Source: an uncultured Planctomycetia bacterium (GTDB lineage Bacteria; Omnitrophota; Gorgyraeia; Duberdicusellales; 4484-171). Taken from it: a stretch of DNA of 64,000 nucleotides. The notes beneath the pieces are model-generated. The model made no database searches and was not told the DNA's origin. It was given only the letters and a program-made list of their open reading frames with translations. Each line of letters opens with the position of its first letter. Positions within the stretch are counted from its first letter, which is position 1. Made by a program: the position numbers and the translations under genes. Positions 49,956 to 59,818 of this stretch are shown here, in pieces. The DNA lies in the NCBI GenBank assembly GCA_964483625.1, contig CAZABB010000005.1:15571-79570 (forward strand), in the 5' to 3' direction.

Positions 49956-51388
49956 AAATATCCCTTCCCGCTGTCACTGAGTTCCCCGATATCTGGGGTA
50001 CCTATTCAGAGAAAGATCTTCAGTCGTCGTCGAAAAACGATTATCTTGACGTATCTAATCTCAATTTTAAGAAGGTACAGGCTTCGTTCGGAATTGCCCT
50101 GCATATGCATCAGCCGACGATTCCCGCCTCAGGCGATGCCATCCATGCCGCCGGGCTCATCTCCAATCTTCAGCATATGATGGAGCATCAGGACATCGGA
50201 GATAACCATAATGCGCCGGTGTTTGTGTGGTGTTACAGCCGGATATCCGACTTTATACGGGAGATGGTATCCCAAGGAAAGAATCCCCGGGTGATGCTTG
50301 ACTACTCGGGCAATTTGTTATGGGGCTTGCCCCAGATGGGGCAGGGTGAGGTTATCGAAAATTTACGTAAGATTACCTGTGATGAAACGTATTATCGTTA
50401 CGCCGAATGGCTGGGGACGATGTGGTCGCATGCGGTAGCGAGTTCCACGCCGGTATGTGATCTGAAATTACACATGCTCGCTTGGCGGCATCATTTCGCC
50501 TCTCTGTTCGGCATTGAGGCGTTACAAAGAGTGAAAGGTTTTTCGCCGCCGGAGATGCATCTGCCGATTCATCCCGACGTGTGTTATGAGTATGTAAAAG
50601 CGTTGAAAGAGTGCGGTTACCGGTGGCTGATGGTCCAGGAACATACGGTTGAAAATCCCGACGGGTCCGGTATCAGAAACCCTCATTTCCCGCACCGGCT
50701 GATTGCGAAAAATTCAAAAGGCGAAGTGGTCGAGATCACCGCGTTGATTAAAACGCAAGGGTCCGATACCAAACTGGTAGCGCAGATGCAGCCGTATTAC
50801 CAGGCTAAGGGATTGCATCCGCAGGAATTCTCCGGCAAAACGATCTTTCCCTTTGTCCTTCAGATCGGTGACGGTGAAAACGGCGGGGTGATGATGAACG
50901 AATTTCCCGCCGGCTTTAAACAGGCATTCGGTGAAATTTCAACCGAAGGGGTGGTCGCCGCGAACGGTTCGGAATACCTTGAATATGTAAAAGCCCAGGG
51001 GATAAAGGGAGAATCGTTTCTTCCCATTCAGCCCGTATCTCAAGCCCGGATCTGGGAGGAGATCTCCGAATATAAACCGGGTGCGGCGGATCGGGCCATC
51101 GACAGGCTGCATGAAAAAGACGCAGGCTTTGATCTCGATAAAGGCTCCTGGACCAATGATCGCAGCTGGGTATCCGGCTATGAAGACGTGCTTGATCCGA
51201 TCAATACGTTAAGCGTTTCTTTTCATAAAAAATTCAAGAAAGAACCGACGTCGGCCGATAAGGAATATAAGGAGGCATTGCTTTATCTGCTCCTGTCGCA
51301 AACCAGCTGTTTCCGTTATTGGGGGCAGGGAATATGGACCGAATATGCCAAAGAAATCTGCCGGCGGGGTGGAGAATGTTTACGATGA
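49952..51388 (+). CDS. glycoside hydrolase family 57-related protein
   Basis: HMHQP motif (ALHMHQPT). ATGA overlap with the upstream GH57. Confidence 0.55.
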   Translation: MKISLPAVTEFPDIWGTYSEKDLQSSSKNDYLDVSNLNFKKVQASFGIALHMHQPTIPASGDAIHAAGLISNLQHMMEHQDIGDNHNAPVFVWCYSRISDFIREMVSQGKNPRVMLDYSGNLLWGLPQMGQGEVIENLRKITCDETYYRYAEWLGTMWSHAVASSTPVCDLKLHMLAWRHHFASLFGIEALQRVKGFSPPEMHLPIHPDVCYEYVKALKECGYRWLMVQEHTVENPDGSGIRNPHFPHRLIAKNSKGEVVEITALIKTQGSDTKLVAQMQPYYQAKGLHPQEFSGKTIFPFVLQIGDGENGGVMMNEFPAGFKQAFGEISTEGVVAANGSEYLEYVKAQGIKGESFLPIQPVSQARIWEEISEYKPGAADRAIDRLHEKDAGFDLDKGSWTNDRSWVSGYEDVLDPINTLSVSFHKKFKKEPTSADKEYKEALLYLLLSQTSCFRYWGQGIWTEYAKEICRRGGECLR

Positions 51389-51453
51389 AAGAATCTCCCG
51401 GTATGGTATGTAATAGATCTCAGGGAAATCAGAACGAGAGAGGAGGCAGATAA

Positions 51454-52191
51454 ATGAAGATAGTGATTCTGGCGGCAGGCTATGGAACCCGGCTGTATCC
51501 GCTTACACGGAATACCCCTAAACCTCTTCTTGAGGTTATGAACAAGCCGATTGTGAATTATCTCATGGAGAAAATAGAGAATTTGAAAAATTACTGTCCG
51601 ATTGAAGGGGTGATCATTGTGTCCAATAATCGTTTTTATGAAAATTTTCTCGCCTGGCGTGACCGCTATCGATTCGATGTCGAAATTATCAATGATGGTT
51701 CGAATAACCCCCAGGAACGCCGCGGCGCGATCAAAGCGATCCAGCTTGCCTTGGGCGGCCGCCGGCAGGATTGTGTGGTAATGGGAGGAGATAATATTTT
51801 CGATGACGATTTGACGAGATTCCTGGATTTTTCTTTACGCGTGAAGCCCTGCCCCTGTGTCGCTCTGTCTGATGTGAAACGGAAAGAAGAAGCAACGCGC
51901 TTTGGTGTCGTTTCATTGAACGATGCATCTCAAGTTACCGAACTCATCGAAAAACCTGAGATCCCTTTATCTACCCTGGTTGCCACTTGCCTGTACTTTT
52001 TCCCGGCTCAGTCATTGATGTATATGGATGCGTATTTGAACGACGGCAGCCCTTCCGATGTCGCCGGAAAATATATCGAATGGCTGCTGCCGAAAACAAA
52101 GGTTTTCGGCAGTGTTCTTTCGGGAGAATGGCTGGATATCGGCAGCAAAGAAGCGTTACGGCAGGCCGAGAAGACTCTGGCCCGGGTATAG
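51454..52191 (+). CDS. sugar-1-phosphate nucleotidyltransferase family protein
   Basis: N-terminal GxGTRL pyrophosphorylase loop (LAAGYGTRLYPLT). Confidence 0.7.
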   Translation: MKIVILAAGYGTRLYPLTRNTPKPLLEVMNKPIVNYLMEKIENLKNYCPIEGVIIVSNNRFYENFLAWRDRYRFDVEIINDGSNNPQERRGAIKAIQLALGGRRQDCVVMGGDNIFDDDLTRFLDFSLRVKPCPCVALSDVKRKEEATRFGVVSLNDASQVTELIEKPEIPLSTLVATCLYFFPAQSLMYMDAYLNDGSPSDVAGKYIEWLLPKTKVFGSVLSGEWLDIGSKEALRQAEKTLARV

Positions 52192-52323
52192 GCTGTTTAC
52201 CCTCCCGGAATCCCTATTGGTATATAAAGCTTGCGTCAGGACAGGCTTCGACTATAATAAATTTATGTCTTTATCTTTTCTTGCCGTGTACACGGAAATG
52301 CCCGGGATTAAAAAATAAACAAT

Positions 52324-53892
52324 TTGGCGATGGATACCCATACCTTTTTACAGGTACTTATTGACGCCCTTCCTATTCCGGTTTTCTATAAAGACCTCAG
52401 CGGGCGGTATACCGGTTGTAACCGCGCTTTTTGTGATCTCATCGGCCGGCCGCGGGAGGAATTGGTCGGTAGAACGGTTTATGATATTGCTCCGGTGGAT
52501 ATCGCCGATACGTATTTCCAGAAAGACAGAGAATTATTCGCGTCCGGCGGGATACAGGTTTATGAATGGAAAATCCGTGACCAGAAAGGGCAGGTGCGTG
52601 AGGTGATCTTTCATAAGGCGACATTCGTGAATGAAACGGGAGAACCGGCCGGATTGATCGGGGCGATCTTTGATATTACCGAAAGTAAGAAGATGGAGGA
52701 CGCTTTGCGCCGCAGTGAACAGCAGTTTAAGACCCTGGTGGCAAACGTGCCCGGCATTATCTATCGTTGTGCCAATGATCCGCACTGGACTATGCAGTAT
52801 ATCAGCGATGAGATTCAGACGATTTCCGGATATCCTGCCGACGAATTCGTGAATAACCGGGTACGCAGTTACGCCAGTGTGATTCATCCTGAGGATCAGG
52901 CGATGGTGGATCGTATCGTGCAGGAAGGGGTCAAAAAGAGACAACCGTATACGATCGAGTACCGTATTGTTCACGCGCGCGGCGCGGCGCGGTGGGTATA
53001 TGAACGGGGGCAGGGTGTTTTTGACAAGAAGGGGAAGCTGAATTTTCTTGACGGAGTCATTCTCGATATGAGCGAGTTAAAAACAGCTCAGGAGGAGTTG
53101 CGCAGGACGTATGAATTGCTGATGAAAACTCAAAACCAGCTGGTTGCGGCGGCAAAGATGGAAGTTGTCGGCAAGCTGGCCAGCGGGGTGGCTCATGAGG
53201 TGAAAAACCCGCTGGCGATTATCCTCATGGGTATCGATTACCTCCGGCATGAGCTCAAAGGTGAGAAGCATAAGAATATCCATGCCATCGGAAAGGATAT
53301 GCATGAGGCGGCGGTGCGTGCCGACCGGATCGTAAATGACCTTCTGGATTTCTCTAAAGCGTCGGAATTGACGCTTTCTTCCTGTTCGATCCATGAGGTT
53401 CTGGAAAAATCGCTGTTTCTGGTGAAGTACCAGATGGATAAAAATCGTATTGAATTTAAAAAGAATCTGTCTCCCGATCTGCCTCAGGTTGTCGTTGATG
53501 AAAATAAAATCATTCAGGTTTTCGTGAATCTCTTTTTGAACGGCATTCAGGCTGTGGGGCCAAAGGGAAGCCTGGAGTTAATGGCCTATGAGAAAAAGTT
53601 CGCCGAAGCTTCCGAAGGCATCGGCCGCCGCCGGAGCGACCATTTTTATCTGGGAGAGCCGGTTGTCGTGGTTGAGATATCCGATACCGGGCCCGGGATT
53701 CCTCCCGATATCCTTGAGAATATTTTTGATCCTTTTGTCACGACCAAACGTTTCCAGGGAGGGACGGGTCTGGGGCTTTCTGTGGTCCATAACATTGTGG
53801 ATATGCATAAAGGGGTAATTAAGATTGAAAACAAAAAAGGCGGCGGCGTTCGGGCTACGGTGATGCTTAAAATGAGACCTCAAGGAACCTGA
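52324..53892 (+). CDS. PAS-domain sensor histidine kinase (cytoplasmic)
   Basis: Two PAS-like regions. HisKA H-box (VAHEVKNPL). HATPase N/G boxes. Confidence 0.8.
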   Translation: MAMDTHTFLQVLIDALPIPVFYKDLSGRYTGCNRAFCDLIGRPREELVGRTVYDIAPVDIADTYFQKDRELFASGGIQVYEWKIRDQKGQVREVIFHKATFVNETGEPAGLIGAIFDITESKKMEDALRRSEQQFKTLVANVPGIIYRCANDPHWTMQYISDEIQTISGYPADEFVNNRVRSYASVIHPEDQAMVDRIVQEGVKKRQPYTIEYRIVHARGAARWVYERGQGVFDKKGKLNFLDGVILDMSELKTAQEELRRTYELLMKTQNQLVAAAKMEVVGKLASGVAHEVKNPLAIILMGIDYLRHELKGEKHKNIHAIGKDMHEAAVRADRIVNDLLDFSKASELTLSSCSIHEVLEKSLFLVKYQMDKNRIEFKKNLSPDLPQVVVDENKIIQVFVNLFLNGIQAVGPKGSLELMAYEKKFAEASEGIGRRRSDHFYLGEPVVVVEISDTGPGIPPDILENIFDPFVTTKRFQGGTGLGLSVVHNIVDMHKGVIKIENKKGGGVRATVMLKMRPQGT

Positions 53893-53897
53893 CGGCA

Positions 53898-54269
53898 ATG
53901 AAAAGAATACTGATTGTTGACGATGAAGAAAAGTTTACTCAGCTGGTAAAGTTCAATCTTGAACGCGGCGGCGACTATCGGGTTTTTATCGAACATAAAG
54001 GCGCTCATGCTATCTCTACCGCAAAACAGCTTTCTCCCGACCTGATTTTCCTCGATATTATCATGCCTGACGCCAACGGGGTCGAGGTAATGCGTCACAT
54101 GAAAGAAGATCCGTTTTTTGCCGGGATCCCGATCGTCTTTCTTTCGGCTTTCTCCGGTGTGCTGGAGGGAAGAGATCCGGAGTATTCGATAGGTGATATT
54201 CCCTACCTGATCAAGCCGGTTACCAAAGAGCAGCTTCTGGCCTGTCTGGATCGAGAACTTGCCCGTTAG
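53898..54269 (+). CDS. single-domain response regulator (CheY-like receiver)
   Basis: ILIVDDE and D in FLDIIMPD. 123 aa. Confidence 0.8.
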   Translation: MKRILIVDDEEKFTQLVKFNLERGGDYRVFIEHKGAHAISTAKQLSPDLIFLDIIMPDANGVEVMRHMKEDPFFAGIPIVFLSAFSGVLEGRDPEYSIGDIPYLIKPVTKEQLLACLDRELAR

Positions 54270-54354
54270 ACTCCTTCCGATAAAATGTGTCTACGCACGG
54301 TAAGCTTTCTGTTATAATACCTTATTAATTCCGCGAAATGCCGGGGATAAGAAC

Positions 54355-55317
54355 GTGATGAATAGTAAAAAACAGATAAACACGGCCCTGTCGGCAATTA
54401 CCGCGGCCAGGACGATTGCCGTTTCCGGCCATATCAATCCCGATGGCGATTGTATCGGGTCATTACTTGCGTTGGGGCTGGGGCTGGAGAGCCTGGGAAA
54501 ACAGGTGCGTTTTTTAAGCGCCGACGGGGTGCCGAGGAAATTAAGAATTCTTCCCGGCGCCCGGCGGGTGAGAAAGACCTCGTCACGCCGTTTTGATCTG
54601 GCGATATCGGTAGATTGTAACAAAAAAGAGATGCTGGGTAAACGCGTCCAGCGCGTCTTCGGCCGGGCGAACCGGATTCTGGAGGTCGATCATCACCCCT
54701 TACGGGAAGTCTTCGGTGATATTCAGCTCATTTGTCCCCGCGCCGCAGCGGTGGGGGAAATCGTCTTCGCTATATTATCCCGGCTGAACGTAACCGTAAC
54801 GGCGGATATCGCCCGGAATATCCTTACCTCGATCATTATCGAAACCAATTCTTTCCGTCTGCCTACGGTAACCGCCGATACCTTTTCTCTCTGCGGGCGG
54901 CTTCTTGCTACGGGCGTTGATTTCCGTAACCTTACCGAGCTCGTCTATTGGTCGAGGACGAAAGAAGAGGTGCTGCTTTCAGGTTTATGTCTTTCCCGTT
55001 GCCGGTTTTTATCGAAGGGGAAAATCGTCTGGTCGATCGTCCGGAAAGCCGATTTCAGCAGGACACGGGCGCACGATGAAGATATTGACGCGGTCGCCAA
55101 TGAGATGCTGGCGATTTCCGGGGTTGAGGTAGCGGTCCTTTTCCGCCAGAGGCGGTCTGATGTCCTGCGGGTGAGCCTGCGTTCGAAAGGAAAAGTAAAC
55201 GTGGCCGGTATCGCTGAACGATACGGCGGCGGCGGTCATTTTGATTCCGCCGGATGTTTTCTAAAAAATACTCAGGGTCAGATCAGCTCTTTGTTGCGTA
55301 TGGCCGAAAAAGCGTAG
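54355..55317 (+). CDS. DHH/DHHA1 phosphoesterase (NrnA-like oligoribonuclease/pAp phosphatase)
   Basis: DHH motifs (HINPDGDCIGS, DHH) and C-terminal GGGH. Confidence 0.75.
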   Translation: MMNSKKQINTALSAITAARTIAVSGHINPDGDCIGSLLALGLGLESLGKQVRFLSADGVPRKLRILPGARRVRKTSSRRFDLAISVDCNKKEMLGKRVQRVFGRANRILEVDHHPLREVFGDIQLICPRAAAVGEIVFAILSRLNVTVTADIARNILTSIIIETNSFRLPTVTADTFSLCGRLLATGVDFRNLTELVYWSRTKEEVLLSGLCLSRCRFLSKGKIVWSIVRKADFSRTRAHDEDIDAVANEMLAISGVEVAVLFRQRRSDVLRVSLRSKGKVNVAGIAERYGGGGHFDSAGCFLKNTQGQISSLLRMAEKA

Positions 55318-55359
55318 CGTAAAAGATAAGAATATTTCTTATAACCAGGAGGTTGTCTC

Positions 55360-56727
55360 ATGGAGCAAAAAAAGATTTTTTTACATGAAAAAGACATACC
55401 GCGGCAATGGTACAATTTAGTTGCCGATCTAAAAACCCCGCCGCCGCCGCCTTTGGGTCCTGAGGGCAAACCGATCAGTCCCGATATGCTGACGAAAATT
55501 TTCCCCGGAAATCTCATTGAGCAGGAAGTAAGCTCCCAGCGCTGGATTGATATTCCGGAGGAAATACTGGAGATATTGTACCGGTGGCGTCCGACCCCCC
55601 TGCGCCGGGCGGTTTACCTGGAGCAGTATTTAAAAACTCCCGCCCGGATATATTATAAAGATGAAAGTGTGAGCCCCCCGGGAAGCCATAAGCCCAATAC
55701 CGCGGTCGCGCAGGCCTGGTATAACAAACAGTTCGGGATTAAGAAGCTGTCGACCGAGACCGGGGCGGGGCAGTGGGGCAGCGCTTTGGCGTTTTCCTGT
55801 AACCTGATAGGGATAGGATGTAAAGTATATATGGTTCGTATCAGTTTCGACCAGAAGCCTCTGCGCAAAATCATGATGCGTATCTGGGGAGCCGATTGTA
55901 TTCCTTCACCCAGTGATCAGACCGAATTCGGCAGAAAAGTATTGGAGAAGATGCCCGATACCCCGGGCAGTCTCGGGATCGCCATCAGTGAAGCAATCGA
56001 GGAGGCGGTAAAGGATACATCGGGACAAACCCGGTATTCGCTGGGAAGTGTGCTTAACCACGTAATGCTGCATCAGACGATCATCGGACAGGAAGTGAAA
56101 AAGCAGCTTGAGATGATAAACGAGAAACAGCCCGATATCGTCATCGGCTGTGCCGGCGGCGGGAGTAATTTCGCCGGGTTGTCATTTCCTTTTGTGTGCG
56201 ATAAGATTCACGGATCCGAGATCACCGTTATTCCTACCGAACCGACAGCCTGTCCGACCCTCACCCGCGGTCCGTTTCATTACGATTTCGGCGATGCCGC
56301 GGGGCAGACACCCCTTCTTGCGATGTATACGCTGGGCCATGAATTTGTTCCGCCGCCGATCCACGCCGGGGGACTTCGCTATCACGGGATGGCACCGTTG
56401 GTGAGCCACGCGGTCAAGGAAGGGCTGCTTTCTCCCCGTTCCTACGACCAGATCCAGTGTTATGAGTCGGCGCTTTTGTGGGCCCGTACCGAAGGGATGA
56501 TCTGCGCGCCGGAGACCAGTCATGCTATTGCCTGCGCCATTGAGGAGGCAGAAAAAGCCAGAGAAGAAGGCAGAGAGAAAGTGATTCTCCTTAATTACAG
56601 CGGCCACGGATTGATGGATCTGGCCGGGTATGAGAAGTTTCTCACCGGTAAGCTCGACGAGTATTCGTTGCCGGAAGAGGAGCTCCAGAAATCGCTGGAA
56701 TCATTAAAAGGGTTACCGAACACGTAA
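55360..56727 (+). CDS. TrpB2-type tryptophan synthase beta-like PLP enzyme (orphan, no trp operon context)
   Basis: Long TrpB2-specific N-terminus (WYN..ADL). PLP-lysine region. GGGSN glycine loop. Confidence 0.7.
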   Translation: MEQKKIFLHEKDIPRQWYNLVADLKTPPPPPLGPEGKPISPDMLTKIFPGNLIEQEVSSQRWIDIPEEILEILYRWRPTPLRRAVYLEQYLKTPARIYYKDESVSPPGSHKPNTAVAQAWYNKQFGIKKLSTETGAGQWGSALAFSCNLIGIGCKVYMVRISFDQKPLRKIMMRIWGADCIPSPSDQTEFGRKVLEKMPDTPGSLGIAISEAIEEAVKDTSGQTRYSLGSVLNHVMLHQTIIGQEVKKQLEMINEKQPDIVIGCAGGGSNFAGLSFPFVCDKIHGSEITVIPTEPTACPTLTRGPFHYDFGDAAGQTPLLAMYTLGHEFVPPPIHAGGLRYHGMAPLVSHAVKEGLLSPRSYDQIQCYESALLWARTEGMICAPETSHAIACAIEEAEKAREEGREKVILLNYSGHGLMDLAGYEKFLTGKLDEYSLPEEELQKSLESLKGLPNT

Positions 56728-56732
56728 GTTGT

Positions 56733-58016
56733 ATGAATATCCTGGTGATGACCAATACATACAAGCCGATCGTCGGCGGCCTGGAACGTTCGATTGAAAC
56801 ATTCACGCAGAGATATCGCGCCGCCGGGCACAGGGTACTCATTGTCGCTCCCGATTTCGAGGATGCGCAGAAAGAGCCGGGTGTTGTCCGCATCCCGGCT
56901 ATCCAGAAGGTGAGGGGAACCGATTTTTCCGTGCATCTGCCGATTCCGGGGATGTTGTCTGAGACCTTGAAAAAATTCCGTCCCGATATCGTCCATTCGC
57001 ATCAGCCGTTCTTGCTGGGCGAGACCGCTCTTCGGGTTGCCGCCCAGTATGATGTCCCTCTGGTATTTACGTTCCACACCTTGTACGAACGGTATACGTA
57101 TTACATGCCGGGTAACCTTAAAAAAGTGCAGCGGTTCATTATCAGCCTCTCCACCGGGTATGCCAATCTCTGTGATTACGTATTTGCCCCTTCGCGCAGC
57201 GTGGCCCAGCTTCTCCGGCGGCGTAAAGTCATGGTTCCTATCGAAATCCTTCCTACCGGCATCGATACCGATGTGTTTAGAAAAAGCGGTACTTCAGGCT
57301 GCCGGAAAAAATTCCATATCCCTGAGAAGGCTTTTGTCGTCGGGTTTGTCGGCAGGATCAATCCGGAGAAAAATATTCACTTTTTAGTCGAAGCGGTGAA
57401 ACGGTTTTTAAAATCAAACCGGCATGCCCACTTCTTTATGGTTGGCAAAGGTTCTTTAGTTAAGGAAACGACTCAGTTCTTTAAAGCGCAGGGGTTTAAA
57501 AATCGGTTCCATTACACGGGAGTCCTTTCCGGGGACGATCTTGTGGATGCCTATCGGGCGATGGACGTGTTCGTGTTTGCTTCCAAGACCGAAACTCAAG
57601 GGATGGTATTAAACGAAGCGATGGCGACGGAAGTGCCGGTGATCGCATTAGCCGGCCCGGGAGTATCGGATATTGTAACCGACGGGTTAAACGGCTATCT
57701 TCTTAATACCGAAGACGAGGATGATTTCGCCGGTGCGCTGAACGTCTATGCCGCATTGCCGCTGGAAGAACGACGCATTTTCTGCCGGAATGCCCGCCAT
57801 ACCGCCCTGCGGTTTTCACTCAAAACTTCGGTCATAAAGGCACTTGAAATCTATGAAGAACTTATTCAGCAGAAACCGCGTGTCCTGCGCCGCCGGCCGC
57901 GTCTGCTGCGCCGGATGGCGAATAAGTTCAAGACTGAATGGCAGCTTCTGCGTAATATGACCCGGGCGATGAGCGTGGCCTTCGGGGTCAAATTGAAGCG
58001 TTCCAATTCTTCTTGA
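56733..58016 (+). CDS. GT4-family glycosyltransferase
   Basis: GT-B fold. C-terminal E..E block (ASKTETQGMVLNEAMATEVPVI). Confidence 0.7.
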   Translation: MNILVMTNTYKPIVGGLERSIETFTQRYRAAGHRVLIVAPDFEDAQKEPGVVRIPAIQKVRGTDFSVHLPIPGMLSETLKKFRPDIVHSHQPFLLGETALRVAAQYDVPLVFTFHTLYERYTYYMPGNLKKVQRFIISLSTGYANLCDYVFAPSRSVAQLLRRRKVMVPIEILPTGIDTDVFRKSGTSGCRKKFHIPEKAFVVGFVGRINPEKNIHFLVEAVKRFLKSNRHAHFFMVGKGSLVKETTQFFKAQGFKNRFHYTGVLSGDDLVDAYRAMDVFVFASKTETQGMVLNEAMATEVPVIALAGPGVSDIVTDGLNGYLLNTEDEDDFAGALNVYAALPLEERRIFCRNARHTALRFSLKTSVIKALEIYEELIQQKPRVLRRRPRLLRRMANKFKTEWQLLRNMTRAMSVAFGVKLKRSNSS

Positions 58017-58055
58017 TCAGCTTTACAATTTTTCGATATTTGGTTAAATAATACT

Positions 58056-58628
58056 ATGAGCCGCCTCAATCAACGCATAAAAGATCTGGGTGAAATCGCG
58101 ATTGTCATTGATACCTGGGATGATGTATTCAGTGACTTTGATCCGCGCCCATTGAGCGAACGGACGGTATCGGGGGATTTTGTCGATGAACTTAAAAAAA
58201 GATATAGGGAGACGCGCCGCGGCGATTTTATTATTACCATCTGCGCCCCGGTCGAATTAAAGGATGAGAAATCCGAACGGATGGTTACGCAGCGGCTGAA
58301 AAAACATTTCCTGCACCGGTGCCTCCAGAAGAAAAAAAGCATTACCCGCTTACGCCTGCGCGGGGCGGTGTTTGTTCTGGTCGGGATTGCCGCGATGACC
58401 TTTCTGACTCTGGCGACATATTATAAGTTTTTAAGTGACCTGGCAAATCAAATGGCGGCGATTGTGCTTATGCCGCTGGGGTGGTTTGGCTTCTGGGAAG
58501 GGCTTTCCAAACTGATCGATACTTCGCCGGCGGCGATCCAGGACGAGATCCTGTTCCGCAAGCTGTCGAAGGCGACCTATCGCTTTCGCTACCTGCCGGA
58601 AGAATTACCTTCCTCAGGTGCCGCCTGA
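58056..58628 (+). CDS. hypothetical membrane protein (two C-terminal TM helices)
   Basis: ORF with coding-like composition. No motif recognised. Confidence 0.4.
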   Translation: MSRLNQRIKDLGEIAIVIDTWDDVFSDFDPRPLSERTVSGDFVDELKKRYRETRRGDFIITICAPVELKDEKSERMVTQRLKKHFLHRCLQKKKSITRLRLRGAVFVLVGIAAMTFLTLATYYKFLSDLANQMAAIVLMPLGWFGFWEGLSKLIDTSPAAIQDEILFRKLSKATYRFRYLPEELPSSGAA

Positions 58629-58712
58629 ATCTGCTGATATCTTCCCGGGGAATTATTGATTGCAGAACGATTTTTTAAAGTTAGAATGAGAAGAAACCTA
58701 AAAGGAGGCGGT

Positions 58713-59795
58713 ATGGCTCGGTTTATGAAACGGTTGTCAAAGACCGCGGGGCTTGTTCCCGGGACGCTGGTCCATGTGGGAGAACAAAGAGCGGGAACTC
58801 CTCGTATCACGCTTATCGATTACGACACCCATACGTTTCAGGAAAAACAAATCCAGCGTCTTGAGGAATCTTTTCCTTTTAAAGAAACGCCTACGGTGAG
58901 CTGGATCAATATCGACGGTATCCACCAGGTCGATATTATTGAAAAGATCGGCAGTCATTTCAATCTGCACCCATTGACGCTTGAGGATATCGTGAACACC
59001 TCTCAGCGTCCCAAATGTGAGGATCTGGAGGAGTATGTCTTTGTCGTATTGAAAATGTTGACGTATGATGAAAAAGAGTGTCGAGTCGTCACCGAACAGG
59101 TCAGTCTTATTCTGGGAGAACATTTTGTTATCTCGTTTCAGGAAAGAGAGGGGGATGTTTTCGAGGTCATCCGTCAACGGATCCGGAACGATAAGGGGCG
59201 TATCCGCAAAGCGGGCCCGGATTATCTGGCATATGCTCTGCTTGATGCGGTTATCGATAACTATTTTTCAATCTTAGAAAAGATCGCCGAACGGATCGAA
59301 TCGATGGAGGAAGACCTGGTGCATCATCCCACGCCCGAGACCTTGCGGGTTATCCACGGTTTAAAACAGGAAATTATATTTTTACGCAAATCGGTATGGC
59401 CTTTGCGTGAAGTCGTCAGCCGGCTGGAACGGGGTGAGATGTCTCTGATAAAGAAATCGACCAAAGTATACCTCAGGGACCTTTACGACCATACCGTCCA
59501 GGTGATCGATACGGTCGAGACCTTTCGGGATATGGTCTCAGGCATGCTTGATATATATCTTTCCAGCGTAAGCAATAAGATGAACGAAGTGATGAAAGTA
59601 CTTACGATCATCGCCACTATTTTTATTCCGATCACCTTCATTGCCGGTATTTACGGGATGAATTTCGATCCTGCCGTGTCATTCTGGAATATGCCGGAAT
59701 TGAAGTGGCCGTACGGGTATATCTTTGCCCTCGGCATGATGGGGGCGGTCACTCTTGCCATGGCGGTCTATTTTAAAAAGAAAAAATGGTTCTAA
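58713..59795 (+). CDS. corA: CorA-family Mg2+/Co2+ transporter
   Basis: AAAGGAGG RBS. Two C-terminal TM helices with the YGMNF signature. Confidence 0.85.
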   Translation: MARFMKRLSKTAGLVPGTLVHVGEQRAGTPRITLIDYDTHTFQEKQIQRLEESFPFKETPTVSWINIDGIHQVDIIEKIGSHFNLHPLTLEDIVNTSQRPKCEDLEEYVFVVLKMLTYDEKECRVVTEQVSLILGEHFVISFQEREGDVFEVIRQRIRNDKGRIRKAGPDYLAYALLDAVIDNYFSILEKIAERIESMEEDLVHHPTPETLRVIHGLKQEIIFLRKSVWPLREVVSRLERGEMSLIKKSTKVYLRDLYDHTVQVIDTVETFRDMVSGMLDIYLSSVSNKMNEVMKVLTIIATIFIPITFIAGIYGMNFDPAVSFWNMPELKWPYGYIFALGMMGAVTLAMAVYFKKKKWF

Positions 59796-59818
59796 CCTTG
59801 TTGCGCTGAGGGAATATC

